A DNA stretch of 64,000 bases from an uncultured delta proteobacterium. GTDB lineage: Bacteria > Myxococcota_A > Polyangia > Polyangiales > Polyangiaceae. Each line of letters starts with the position of its first letter. Positions within the stretch are counted from its first letter, which is position 1. The notes below the pieces were generated by a model, which saw nothing but the letters and a program-made list of their open reading frames with translations, was not told the origin of the DNA and ran no database searches. Below are positions 9,532-19,637 of the stretch, in pieces. A program made the translations under genes and the position numbers. The stretch spans positions 502,705-566,704 of the forward strand of contig CAVZIE010000032.1 of the NCBI GenBank assembly GCA_963775185.1. Reading direction: 5' to 3'.

Positions 9532-10404
9532 ATGCCGATGCCGCGCGACGTCCGGGCCATCGATCTGATGCTGAACATCCCCGGCGAGGATCAGAGCGGC
9601 TGGTACACGTTCATGAAGCCGCTCTTCCTCGACCAGGAGAGCCGGCACCAGTTCGAGATGCCCGCCGAGTACATGTTCAAGGACATCCCGAAGACCGAAC
9701 AGCGCGCGGACCACGTCGCGTACACGGTCGCGGAGATGGACAAGCACGGCATCGAGCGCGCCATGCTCGGCGTCGACGACGAGAACGCGGTGACGCGCGA
9801 CGCCATCGGGCGCTTCCCGACGCGCTTCTTCGGCAGCTATCACGCCAATCCGAACAACGCGATGGACGAGGTGCGCAAGATCGAGCGCCTGCATCGCGAG
9901 CGCGGCATCAAGTGCGTCACAGCGTTCCCGTCGGGCCTGTGTCCGCAGGTGCCCATCGACGACAAGCGCTGGTATCCGATCTACGCGAAGTGCGTCGAGC
10001 TCGACCTGCCGATCGCGATCTGCGTGGGCGTGCCGGGCCCGCGCTTGCCGATGGCGCCGCAGAAGGTCGAGCTGCTCGACGAGGTGTGCTGGTTCTTCCC
10101 CGAGCTCAAGATCATCATGCGCCACGGCGCCGAGCCGTGGACCGAGCTCGCCGTCAAGCTGATGCTCAAGTACCCGAACCTCTACTACTCCACGAGCGCG
10201 TTTTCTCCGAAGTACTACCCGAAGGCGATCGTCGACTACGCGAACACGCGCGGCGCCCACAAGCTGATGTACGCCGGCTACTTCCCCATGGGGCTGTCGC
10301 TCGAGCGCATCTTCAAGGAGCTTCCGGGCGTTCCGTTCAAGGACGACGTGTGGCCGAAGTTCCTGAGAGAAAACGCGATTCAAGTGCTCGGTCTGGAGAC
10401 GTAG
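9532..10404 (+). CDS. amidohydrolase-2 family metal-dependent hydrolase
   Basis: TIM-barrel amidohydrolase-2 (ACMSD-like) features; begins 3 nt after the SDR stop. Confidence 0.75.
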   Translation: MPMPRDVRAIDLMLNIPGEDQSGWYTFMKPLFLDQESRHQFEMPAEYMFKDIPKTEQRADHVAYTVAEMDKHGIERAMLGVDDENAVTRDAIGRFPTRFFGSYHANPNNAMDEVRKIERLHRERGIKCVTAFPSGLCPQVPIDDKRWYPIYAKCVELDLPIAICVGVPGPRLPMAPQKVELLDEVCWFFPELKIIMRHGAEPWTELAVKLMLKYPNLYYSTSAFSPKYYPKAIVDYANTRGAHKLMYAGYFPMGLSLERIFKELPGVPFKDDVWPKFLRENAIQVLGLET

Positions 10405-10408
10405 CGGG

Positions 10409-11245
10409 GTGGACTCGCCGGCGTCCAGGGTCGTCATCTCGCGCTCGCGCCGGCGCACGCTGCTCCAGAAGGTGACGTTCCCGCTCGCCGGTCTCGGGGC
10501 GCGCTTCCTGTACGCCGCCGCGATCGCCGGCGGCATGGGCGTGCTGCTCGGCCGCGTGGTCCTGCGCCTCGTGCGCCTCGACTTCGACCGCAGCGAGCTC
10601 TTGCGCAACATGTACAAGATGGGCGTGAAATCCCTGCCCATCGTCGTGATCACGGCGCTCTTCACCGGCGGCATCATGGTGATCCAGGCCGCGCCGATCG
10701 TGAAGCGCTACGGCGCCGAGGCGCTCTTGGGTTGGGCCGCGGGCTTCACCACGCTGCGCGAGGTGGGGCCGTTGCTCACGGCGCTGATGCTCTCCGGCCG
10801 GATCGGCGCGAACAACACCGCCGAGCTCGGGACGATGGTCGTCACCGAGCAGATCGACGCGCTGCGCGCTCTCGCCATCGACCCGATCAGCTTCCTGATC
10901 ACGCCGCGCTTCATCTGCGTCGTCACCACGCTGTTCGTCGCGACGCTGTTCTCCGACGCGCTGGCGCTCTTCGGCGCGGCCTACGCCGGTCAACCGATCC
11001 TCGGCGTCGCGCCCATGACCTTCTACAACGGCCTGACCATGGGCGTGCTCAACTTCGGCGACGTGCTGCACGGCCTGATCAAGAGCGTCGTGTTCGGACT
11101 GGTGATCGCGCTGTCGAGCTGTCACTTCGGGATTGCCACCGAGGGCGGCGCGCCGGGCGTCGGGCGCGCCGTGAACGCGACGGTCGTGGCCAGCGCCGCG
11201 GGCATCTTCCTGCTCGACTACCTGGTCAGCTTCGCGATCGGCTGA
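10409..11245 (+). CDS. MlaE/YrbE-family ABC transporter permease
   Basis: Strong match to the MlaE/YrbE core (EVGPLLTALMLSGRIGANNTAELGTMVVTEQIDAL...LIKSVVFG). No MlaF, MlaD or Mce genes are adjacent. Confidence 0.8.
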   Translation: MDSPASRVVISRSRRRTLLQKVTFPLAGLGARFLYAAAIAGGMGVLLGRVVLRLVRLDFDRSELLRNMYKMGVKSLPIVVITALFTGGIMVIQAAPIVKRYGAEALLGWAAGFTTLREVGPLLTALMLSGRIGANNTAELGTMVVTEQIDALRALAIDPISFLITPRFICVVTTLFVATLFSDALALFGAAYAGQPILGVAPMTFYNGLTMGVLNFGDVLHGLIKSVVFGLVIALSSCHFGIATEGGAPGVGRAVNATVVASAAGIFLLDYLVSFAIG

Positions 11246-12033
11246 GGGCGCGGTAGCCCGTCGCGATCGCCCAGCGCGCGAGGGCCGGGGCCGCGCGCGA
11301 CAGCAGCTCCAAGGTCCGGGCGTCCGCGCCGATGACGAGCCGGGCCTGGTTCTTCTCGACCGCCGCCAGGATGCGGCGCGCGGCCTTGTCCGGCGCCATG
11401 CCGAAGCGCGCCGACAGACGCTCCATGCGCGGCTTCATGGCGGCGTCCGCGATGCGCGCGTTCCTGATGATGTTCGTGTCGATCGCGCCCGGGTGCACCG
11501 TGGTCACGCCGATGTGTTCCGGCGCGAGCTCCGCGCGCAGCGCCTCGGAGAAGCCGCGGATCGCGAACTTGCTGGCGCTGTAGGCCGTCTGGCCCGGCAG
11601 CGCGACGAACCCGAGCATGCTCGACAGGTTCACGATGTGGGCCCCGGGCTCGCGTCGGAGCAGCGGGAGGAACGCGCGCGTGCCGCCGACGACGCCGCCG
11701 AAGTTGACCGCCATCAGCCGATCGAACTCCTCGGCGGTGTGCTCGTCGAAGGTCCCGCCGATGCTCATGCCGGCGTTGTTCACGAGCAAGCGCACGTGCG
11801 CGTGCCGGGCCGCGACGTCGGCGGCGAGCGCCTGCATCGCGCCGCGATCGGCGACGTCGACCGCGTGCGTCGTCGCGCCGGCGATCGCGGCCATGCGCCC
11901 GAGCCCGGCCGCGTCGCGATCCACCAGGGCGAGTGACAGACCGCGCCGGGCGAGCGCCAGCGCGAGCGCGCGGCCGATGCCGCTGGCGGCGCCGGTCACG
12001 ACCGCCGTGGTGCCCGGGACGAGCTTCACGACC
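11226..12033 (-). CDS. SDR-family oxidoreductase
   Basis: TAVVTGAASGIGRA and YSASKFA motifs; the start (GTG at about 12030) is uncertain. Confidence 0.75.
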
Positions 12034-12179
12034 AGCTCACCATCCAGGTGCAGGCGGCGTCGCCGGCGTGCAGGCACTGGTCGTGTTCGACCAAGACCCG
12101 CTGCCCGCCGGACATCTCGACCGAGGCGACGAGCCAGCCGCTGATGCCGTGGGCGCACAGGTACAGCGGGTGGACGGCG

Positions 12180-12641
12180 TCATCCAGCTGCGAGGCGGAC
12201 ACGGCGATCGGCCAGCTGCTCGGCGCGCGCGGAGCCCCCGCGGAAATACTTGCCGTAGGCCGCGCCGACGCGCTTCAGGATGAACGACGGCGAGCCGACC
12301 TTGTACAGGAGCTTGTACAGCGTCGACAGATCGTAGCGGGCGATGTCGATGCCGAAGTCGCGCATCCGGGTGACGTCGCCCTGCATCGGGCCGAGCACGA
12401 TCTGGCGATCGATCTCGATCATCTCCGCGAACGGGTACCAGGAGAACGGCAGCGGTCGCTCCAGCAAGTGGCGACGCGCGGGCTCCGGCACGCGGGCGAC
12501 CAGCTCCGCCAGGGCAGTCTCGCCGTGGGCCTCGGCGACGTAGCGGGCGCGCGCGGCGAGCACGCTGCCCTTGATCTCGTGGCGCAGGACACCGGGCAGC
12601 AGCTTCGGATCGCCAAGGATTGGATCGAGCGCGGGCAGCAT
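12180..12641 (-). CDS. hypothetical protein, possibly a Myxococcales-restricted DUF
   Basis: About 150 aa with no recognised catalytic motif; co-directional with the SDR, OYE and flavin reductase genes. Confidence 0.4.
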   Translation of the reverse strand: MLPALDPILGDPKLLPGVLRHEIKGSVLAARARYVAEAHGETALAELVARVPEPARRHLLERPLPFSWYPFAEMIEIDRQIVLGPMQGDVTRMRDFGIDIARYDLSTLYKLLYKVGSPSFILKRVGAAYGKYFRGGSARAEQLADRRVRLAAG

Positions 12642-12695
12642 TCTCGCCTCCCCATGGCGCGACCTATCCGTCACGCTAGCAACGTAGCACAGACG

Positions 12696-13860
12696 TCACG
12701 GCTCCAACGCGCAGCGCACGCCGCCCCGGTCCATCTCCGCGATGCACTTGTTGCACGGAACGCATCGCGCCGTCGTCACGTCGCCTTGCTGGTAGCGCCG
12801 CACGAGATCCGGCTCGCGGATCAGCGCGCGCCCCATGGCCACGAAATCGAACCCCGCGTCGAGCGCCCGCGTCACGTGCTCGAGCGCCGTGATCCCGCCC
12901 ACCAGCACGACCGGGATGCGGACGGCCTCGCGGATCCGCAGCGCCGGCTCGAGGAAGAACAGCGGCTCGTAGGGGAAGCGCTCGACCAGGAGCCGCCCGA
13001 ACGCGTACAGCCCGACCTTGCGGATCAGGCTCTCCTGCACGCTGACCATGTCCTTCAACGGCACGTCGCCCCGCAGCATGTACAGCGGTGTCTTGCTCAC
13101 GAACCCGCCGCTCGGGACGATCGCGCTGGCGCCGGCCTGCTCGAAGGCGCGCGCGACCTCGACCGCGTCGTCGAGCTCGAGCCCACCCTTGAAGCCGTCC
13201 GAGAGGTTCGTCTTGACCAGCACGGCGAAGTCCGGGCCCAGGGCGTCGCGCACCCGGCGCACGACGTCGGCCGGGAAGCGCAGCCGGCTCTCGAGCGCGC
13301 CGCCCCAGCCGTCGCGCCGCCGGTTGGTGAACGGCGACAGGAACTGGCTCAAGAGGTAGCCGTGCCCGGCGTGGATCTCGACGGCGTCGAAGCCCGCCTC
13401 GCGGGCCTGCCGCGCCGCCCCGACAAAAGCCAAGCGTGACCCGATCGATGTCCGCGGGGCTCATCGCGCGGCAGAAGTCGAGGCCGTAGGTGTTGAACAG
13501 GCGCGAGGGCCCGAGCGGTCGGTGGCCGATGACAGAGCTGTCGGCGAAGTAGCCGCAGTGCCCGAGCTGGATCGACGCCGCGGCGCCCTCGGCGTGGACG
13601 GCGTCCGTCAGCTCGCGGAGCGCCGGCAGGATCTCCGGGCGCATCCACATCTGGGTGTCGTAGCTGCGACCGTCCGGCGACACCGAGCAGTACGCGACGG
13701 TGGTCATGGCCGCGCCGCCGGCGGCGATCCCGCGGTGGTGCGCCACGAGCGCGGGCGAGGGCACGCCACCGGGACACATGCCCTCGAAGGTCGCGGTCTT
13801 GATGAAGCGATTGCGAAGCTCGAGGCCCGCGATGCGCCCCGGCGCGAACGGCGACGTCAT
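12696..13860 (-). CDS. Old Yellow Enzyme family NADH:flavin oxidoreductase, split by an apparent frameshift near 13435
   Basis: N-terminal part (MTSPFAPGRIAGLELRNRFIKTA...ADIDRV) in one frame, C-terminal part (AFVGAARQAREAGFDAVEIHAGHGYLLSQFLSP...) in ORF 12696..13433. The start overlaps the upstream stop (ATGA). Confidence 0.75.
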
Positions 13861-14354
13861 GCGATCGTCGCGTAGCGGCCGCGGAAGTAAACGAGCGGCG
13901 TGCCGTCGCGCACGTCGGTCGTGATCAGCCGGCCGACGAAGATGTCGTGATCGCCGCCGGCGAAGATGTCGGCGACCTCGCACTCCACCCACGCCAGCGC
14001 GTCGGGCAGGAGCGGGCAGCCGGTGGCCGGCCCGGCGCGCCAATCGACGCCGTCGAACTTGTCGGCTTGGGGCCGGGCGAAGTGCGCGGAGACGTGCTCC
14101 TGGCCCGCGGCGAGGATGTTCACCGCGAAGCGCCGTCCGACGCGCATCGGGCCGTGCGCCCGCGAGCCGCGCTTCACGCACACCAGGCACAGCGGCGGAT
14201 CCTGCGACAGCGAGCTGAACGCCGTCGCCGTCAGCGCGTGCGGCGCGCCGTCGGGGTCGACCGTGGTCACCACCGTCACGCTGGCGGCGAACGACGCCAT
14301 CACGGCCTTGAACGCCGCCGTGTCGATCAGCGCTGCCGGTGCCGGGCTCGCCAC
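13857..14354 (-). CDS. flavin reductase domain protein (HpaC/HsaB-like)
   Basis: C-terminal 166 aa of the spurious giant ORF 13857..17990. GTG start with an AGGA RBS just downstream of the operator palindrome; VMASFAASVTVVTT motif. Confidence 0.8.
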   Translation of the reverse strand: MASPAPAALIDTAAFKAVMASFAASVTVVTTVDPDGAPHALTATAFSSLSQDPPLCLVCVKRGSRAHGPMRVGRRFAVNILAAGQEHVSAHFARPQADKFDGVDWRAGPATGCPLLPDALAWVECEVADIFAGGDHDIFVGRLITTDVRDGTPLVYFRGRYATIA

Positions 14355-14375
14355 GACTCCGATCCTGGCCCGGAA

Positions 14376-14389
14376 TAGAACATGTTTCA
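14376..14389. promoter_or_regulatory. KstR-type operator palindrome TAGAACATGTTTCA
   Basis: About 20 bp upstream of the flavin reductase GTG start. Confidence 0.45.
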
Positions 14390-15530
14390 AGCAGGAAAAT
14401 TGCTGGATTTCTTGCCGGTCCGGCGCGAAATCCAGAACAACGCCAGCACCAGCAGCCACGGCGCGCCGGCGCTCGACCCCGGCGCGGACGAGCAGGCGCA
14501 GCCGCCGCGCGTCGTCGCCGGCGCGGGCGCGGCGTCGGGCGGCGCGTCCAGGCTCGCGTCGGGCGCGGTGCTCGCGTCGCTCGCGGCGTCGGGCGACGCA
14601 CGACAGTCGCCGTCGCGGCACTGCTGGCCGGCGGGGCACACCACGCCTTCGCACGGATCGTCGCCGCACCGGCCCGTGACGACGTCGCAGTGGGTGCCGC
14701 CGGCGCACGGCGTCGCGAGGCACGGGATCGGCGCGCAGCCGTCGCCCGCGGAATAGTCGGCCGCGCAGTACTCGCCCGCCGGGCAGCCCGTCCAGCAGTG
14801 CGTGTGGAAGCACTCGCCGCTGCGGCAAGGATACACACCGCAATCGAGCGGCGCGTCGACGCACGACGTCTCGCACGTGTGTCCGGGCGTGCCTTCGGGT
14901 CGACACACCTCGTCGGGCGCGCACGGATCCGGATCGCACGGATCGTCGAAGCAGGCTCCGGATTCTGCAGATCATGCCCGCCGGGCAACCGCGCAGGTAG
15001 CAGTTGTCGTTCGGCTGGCACTGGCCGGCAGCGACGCCGATCTCGCGGCACGTCCAGCCGCCGTCGCAGTCCACGCGCCAGCACGGATCCTTGCAGCCCG
15101 CCTCGCCCTGGCACGCGCAGCGCGGCGAGTCGGCGTCGTAGCCCGGCGTGCCGGGGCCGCAGATCCGCGCGTCGCCCTCGAAGCCGCCGTCCCGGCAGCC
15201 GCCACAGACGTCGGCGACGCAGTATTTTCCAGCAACGCCGCCCTCGGGCGAGAGCGCCACGGTCTCGCAATGGAGCCCGCTGGTGCACGGGAAGCCGGTG
15301 TTGTTGCACGGCGCCGCGCACTGCACCGGATCGCCGTTGTCCGGCACGACGCACCGCTTGCCTTGCGCACACAGCGATCCCCCGTCGGGCGCATTGTCCA
15401 CCAGCCCGTCGCAGTCGTCGTCGAGGCCGTTGCAGATCTCCGTCGAGCCCCCGTCGGGACACGCCGCGGCGGACAGGCGCGCCGCGAGCGCGATGGACGC
15501 GAGAACCGCCGCTGCCAGGCCCCTTCTCAC
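14387..15530 (-). CDS. Cys-rich lipoprotein with MYXO-CTERM tail, apparent frameshift near 14960
   Basis: Lipoprotein signal (RRGLAAAVLASIALAARLSAAAC) and DPC-type Cys repeats. The C-terminus GGCACSS...WLLVLALFWISRRTGKK matches the MYXO-CTERM sorting signal. The coding path crosses two frames. Confidence 0.55.
14412..14432 (-). repeat. 21-bp GC-rich element copy (ttgccggtccggcgcgaaatcc)
   Basis: Upstream of the operator and flavin reductase promoter region. Confidence 0.6.
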
Positions 15531-15571
15531 GCGATCAGCGTCGCGCCCACGGCGCTCCGCCGCAAGCACGC

Positions 15572-15591
15572 GGTTCCGCGCCGGACCGGCA
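15572..15591 (+). repeat. 21-bp GC-rich element copy (ggttccgcgccggaccggca)
   Basis: 5' UTR of xdhC. Confidence 0.7.
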
Positions 15592-15611
15592 CCCATGCTA
15601 GGATCGGCAAC

Positions 15612-16448
15612 GTGCGCACGGTTATCGAAGCACTTCTGGCCGAGCTCGACGCGGGGCGGCCCGCGGCGCTCGCCACGGTGGTGCGCACCCAGGGCTCGGC
15701 GCCGCAGGTAGCCGGCGCGCGGCTCTTGCTCCGCAGCGACGGCACGTTCGTCGGCACGGTCGGCGGCGGGCGCATCGAGGAGCTCGTGCTCGAGACGGCG
15801 GCGCGCGTGATCCAGAGCGGTCGCGCCGAGACCGTGCAGCGGCATCTGGTCCACGATCTGGGTATGTGCTGCGGCGGCGCGATGGAGGTGTTCGTGGAGC
15901 CGATCGAGGAGCGACCGCGGCTGGTGCTGTTCGGCGCGGGCCACGTGGGGCAGGCGACGGCGCGCCTGGCGGCCGGCGTCGGGTTCGACATCACGGTCGT
16001 GGATGACCGCGAAGAGCTCAATGATGAAGAGCACTTCCCCGGCGCTTCGCATGTGTTGCTGGAAGCACGGGAGGCCGTGCGGCGGGCCAAGCTGCCGTTC
16101 ACGCCGGGCACGTACATCGTGATCGCGACGCACGATCACCTGCTCGACGAGCAGGCGCTGGAGGCATGTCTCGGCGTGCCGCACCGCTACCTCGGCATGA
16201 TCGGATCGAAGCGCAAGATCGCGCGCATCTTCCAGCGCATCCTCGCCCGCGAGCCGGAAGCGCGCCTGGACGCGGTGCGTGCGCCGATCGGCCTCGATCT
16301 CGGCGGCCGCACGCCGGAGGAGATCGGTCTCGCCATAGCCGGCGAGCTGGTGAGCGTCCGGCGCGGGGGCTCCGCGTCGAGCCTGGCGCGACAGACCGCG
16401 CGCGAGCGGCGCGAGGCCGACGCGGACGCCGACACGCACCGTGCCTGA
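15612..16448 (+). CDS. XdhC/CoxI-family molybdoenzyme maturation factor
   Basis: XdhC Rossmann-like core (VLFGAGHVGQATARLAAGVGFDITVVDDRE); GTG start. Confidence 0.75.
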   Translation: MRTVIEALLAELDAGRPAALATVVRTQGSAPQVAGARLLLRSDGTFVGTVGGGRIEELVLETAARVIQSGRAETVQRHLVHDLGMCCGGAMEVFVEPIEERPRLVLFGAGHVGQATARLAAGVGFDITVVDDREELNDEEHFPGASHVLLEAREAVRRAKLPFTPGTYIVIATHDHLLDEQALEACLGVPHRYLGMIGSKRKIARIFQRILAREPEARLDAVRAPIGLDLGGRTPEEIGLAIAGELVSVRRGGSASSLARQTARERREADADADTHRA

Positions 16449-17022
16449 GCGCGTCGGCGCCGTGGTGCTCGCCGCGGGCGCGTCGACGCGGGCCGGCTTC
16501 CCCAAGGCGCTGGCGCGTCTGGCGGGCGAGGCGTTCGTCGTGCGCATCGCGCGCACGCTGGCCGAGGGCGGGGCGAGCGACGTGGTGGTCGTGGTCGGGC
16601 CGCCCCACGAGGCGGCGATCCGCGCGGCGCTGGGCGACGTGCGCTGCGCGACGAATCCCGACCCTTCGCGGGGCATGCGCTCGTCGATCGCGGTCGGGCT
16701 CGCGGCGCTGGGCGACGTGGACGCCGCGCTGGTCGCGCTGGTCGACCAGCCGCGCGTCGGCGTCGAGACGGTGCGCGCCCTGCTGGCCACGGGCGGCGCG
16801 CCGCTGGTGCGTCCGCGCTTCGACGGCCAGCACGGCCATCCGTTCCTGGTCCGGCGCGCGCTGTTCGCGGCGTTGCAGGATGCGCCGCCCGTGCAGAGCG
16901 CCCGGGACGTGCTTTCGGGCGTGGCGGCGATCGATGTGGACGTGGACGACCCGGGCGTCGTCGATCGGCTGGACACGCCCGGCGCGATCGCCGCCATCGG
17001 CGCCGAGCCGCCCGGCGCCTGA
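16441..17022 (+). CDS. MobA-like NTP transferase (MocA-type molybdenum cofactor cytidylyltransferase)
   Basis: N-terminal [18 protein letters not shown] motif; overlaps the XdhC stop. Confidence 0.75.
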   Translation: MPERVGAVVLAAGASTRAGFPKALARLAGEAFVVRIARTLAEGGASDVVVVVGPPHEAAIRAALGDVRCATNPDPSRGMRSSIAVGLAALGDVDAALVALVDQPRVGVETVRALLATGGAPLVRPRFDGQHGHPFLVRRALFAALQDAPPVQSARDVLSGVAAIDVDVDDPGVVDRLDTPGAIAAIGAEPPGA

Positions 17023-17111
17023 CGGCGGGCGGCTCGGGCGGGCCGCGAAAATGGCTGTCCTGGTCGCGATGGGTGCGACGAACGCCGGGAAGGATTACCT
17101 TCCGGAGCACC

Positions 17112-17387
17112 ATGAAACCCGGACGCAACGACCCGTGCCCCTGCGGCTCGGGCAAGAAGTACAAGAAGTGCCACCAGGCCAGCGACGACGCCAAGGAGTC
17201 GGCCGAGCTCGCGGCGCTCCAGGCCAAGGCGGTCGCGGACAAGGCCGCGGCCGACGCCGACGCCGAGGCGAACCCGGAAGCCGCCGCACAGGCCAAGAAG
17301 GCGACCGCCCGCTCCGCCGAGCGCGCCGTGCGGCCGCACGAGCGCATCTCCACCGCCGCCAACCCAATCCGGCGTCGCGCGGTCTAG
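17112..17387 (+). CDS. SEC-C motif small protein
   Basis: [14 protein letters not shown] metal-binding SEC-C motif. Confidence 0.6.
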   Translation: MKPGRNDPCPCGSGKKYKKCHQASDDAKESAELAALQAKAVADKAAADADAEANPEAAAQAKKATARSAERAVRPHERISTAANPIRRRAV

Positions 17388-17440
17388 CCGGCGCGGCCAG
17401 GCCGCCGCTGCGCCAGCGCCGCCGCTACGCCAGCGCGCCG

Positions 17441-18424
17441 CTACGCCAGCGCCGCCGCGATCGTCCGCTTCACGAACACCGGCACCATCTCGCGCCTGTA
17501 GTCGGGATCGCCCGGGATGTTCGGCATCGGGTGGCACTGCTTGTAGGCCTGCGCGGCCACGCGCTCGATGGCGCTCCGCGCGCCGTCCGCCGCGACGCCG
17601 CCGAGCGCGTCGGCCACGCCCTTGATGCGGACGGGCCGCGCCTGGAGCGCGCCGATCACCACGTCCGCGTCGGCAATCTTGCCGTCTTCCACGTCGACGC
17701 GCACGGCGACGCCGAGCAGCGGAAAGTCGATCGAGCCGCGGTCGCGCAGCTTGCCGTAGGCGCCGCGATGTCCCGGCGCCTGCCGTGGGACGCGAATCTC
17801 CGTCAGCAGCTCGCCCGGCTCCACGCCGCGATGCGCGATGCCGTCGGCCTTGTAGAAGGCGTCCACGGGCACGCTGCGCGAGCTTCCGCGCCGGACCAAC
17901 AGCAAGCTGCCCCCGAGCGTACACAGGACGGGCGCGGTGTCCGTGTCGAGGGCGGCGACGCACTTGCGACCGCTCTCGACCACGTGGCACTTGGTGCCGT
18001 CCTTCTTCAGGCAGAAGCCGAGGCTCTGCCGCCAGAAGTGGGTCTGGTTGATGTAGCGGCAGCGCGTGTCGAGCATCACGTTGCCGCCCAGGGTGCCCAT
18101 GTGGCGGAGCTGCGGTCCGGACACGACGCCGGCGGCCTGGGCGAGAGCAGGGGCGTGCACGCGCACCACGTCGCTCGCTGCGACCTCGTCGAGCGGCGTC
18201 ATGGCGCCGATCACCAGCGCGCCGTCGCTGTCGACGCGGATGCCGTGGAGCTCCGCGACTCCGGCCAGGGCGACGAGCGCCTTCGGCGTCTCGATGCGGT
18301 GCTTCATGTTCGGGATCAGATCCGTGCCGCCCGCGAGGGGCAGGGTGTCCGGATCGGCGAGCAGGGCGACGGCCTCGTCGACGCTGCTCGGGCGGTGGAG
18401 ATCGAAGCGGGGGAGGCGCAGCAT
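17441..18424 (-). CDS. xanthine dehydrogenase family FAD-binding subunit (CoxM/XdhB-like)
   Basis: FAD-binding motifs of the molybdopterin dehydrogenase family (LAGGTDL, GTLGGN). Confidence 0.85.
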   Translation of the reverse strand: MLRLPRFDLHRPSSVDEAVALLADPDTLPLAGGTDLIPNMKHRIETPKALVALAGVAELHGIRVDSDGALVIGAMTPLDEVAASDVVRVHAPALAQAAGVVSGPQLRHMGTLGGNVMLDTRCRYINQTHFWRQSLGFCLKKDGTKCHVVESGRKCVAALDTDTAPVLCTLGGSLLLVRRGSSRSVPVDAFYKADGIAHRGVEPGELLTEIRVPRQAPGHRGAYGKLRDRGSIDFPLLGVAVRVDVEDGKIADADVVIGALQARPVRIKGVADALGGVAADGARSAIERVAAQAYKQCHPMPNIPGDPDYRREMVPVFVKRTIAAALA

Positions 18425-18533
18425 GTTGCCGGCGGAGTCTAGCGCATCCGGGCGCGAATCGCGGCGTGTTCAGCGGTCGCAGTTGGAGCCACGCTCACCG
18501 GGTCCTGGTGTCCGCTGCTACACTCGCGGCACG

Positions 18534-19619
18534 GTGTCCCAGCATGCGCGACTCGCCATCGAGATCCTGACCGTCCTGGCGGCGATCGCGGCCGTGCTGG
18601 TCGCCTGGGGGATGTTCTGGCGCCGCCGGCTGTCAACGCCACACGCGTTCGACGCGGTCCACGAGCTGTCGACCGGTGATGGCGCGACCGTCATCGTCGC
18701 GCGCGTGCTGCCGATCGGGGCGCCGGCCCGCCTTCCGCCGATCGTGCTCGTCCATGGCCTCGCGATGAACCGCCACGCGATGGCCTTCGACCTCGAGACC
18801 AGCCTCGCCGGAGCGCTCGCGCGCAGCGGGCGCGACGTCTGGTGCGTGGAGCTCCGGGGCGCGGGCAGCGCCGCGTTCGCGCGGCACCACCGCCGCTCGG
18901 ATTTCGACACCTACCTGGAGCACGACGTGCCGGCGGCGCTAGCGCACGTGATGGCGGCGACCGGCGCGTCCCAGGTCGACTGGGTCGGCTTCAGCATGGG
19001 CGGGATGCTCGCGTATGCGTACTCGGCGTCGGGGGCGGGCACCGGTCACATCCGGCGCCTGGTCACGATCGGCTCGCCGATGCAGCTGAGGCCCGTGCCG
19101 GCGTTCCAGCTGATCGCGGCGCTCGGTGCGCCGTCCACGCTGCTGCTCAAGCGCGTGCCCACCGGGCTCCTGCTCGCGATGATGGCGCCGCTGATGCCGC
19201 CGTTCCTGCCCGGCGCGCTGACGCCGGGCCTGCTGGCGCGGAACTACGCGCCAGGGCGGCTGCGGCGCGCGCTGGTGACGGCCATGGCGGATGCGCCGTC
19301 AGGCGTGATCGCCCAGTTCGCGCGCTGGATCTTCGCACGCGGCGAGGTGAGCGATCGCGACGGCGCATTGAAGCGATTGCCGGACCTCGCGCGGGTGACC
19401 ACGCCCACGCTGGTGATCGCCGGCAGCCGGGACCGGCTCGCGCAGCCGGCATCCGTCGCGGTCGGCTTCGAGGCGCTCGGGGCCGCGGAGAAGCAGCACC
19501 TGGTGATCGGCCCCTCGAGCGGCGCACGGGACGACTACGATCACCTCGATCTGGTGCTGGCGGGAAGCGCCGCGGTGGACGTCTTCCCGCATGTCACGGC
19601 CTGGCTCGAGCGCGACTGA
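18534..19619 (+). CDS. alpha/beta hydrolase
   Basis: GFSMGG nucleophile elbow after an N-terminal TM helix; GTG start. Confidence 0.7.
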   Translation: MSQHARLAIEILTVLAAIAAVLVAWGMFWRRRLSTPHAFDAVHELSTGDGATVIVARVLPIGAPARLPPIVLVHGLAMNRHAMAFDLETSLAGALARSGRDVWCVELRGAGSAAFARHHRRSDFDTYLEHDVPAALAHVMAATGASQVDWVGFSMGGMLAYAYSASGAGTGHIRRLVTIGSPMQLRPVPAFQLIAALGAPSTLLLKRVPTGLLLAMMAPLMPPFLPGALTPGLLARNYAPGRLRRALVTAMADAPSGVIAQFARWIFARGEVSDRDGALKRLPDLARVTTPTLVIAGSRDRLAQPASVAVGFEALGAAEKQHLVIGPSSGARDDYDHLDLVLAGSAAVDVFPHVTAWLERD

Positions 19620-19637
19620 GACGCTGAAGCGGGTCAG

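Noticed and set aside
12048-13439. 463-aa plus-strand ORF overlapping the OYE and DUF genes
   Set aside because: Antisense to two well-supported minus-strand genes, with Arg/Ala-rich composition and no homology features.
13857-17990. Giant 1377-aa ORF on the minus strand
   Set aside because: Only its last 166 aa (the flavin reductase) and an internal Cys-rich lipoprotein segment are real. The rest is Arg/Ala-rich antisense translation of xdhC/mocA, typical of 70%-GC DNA.
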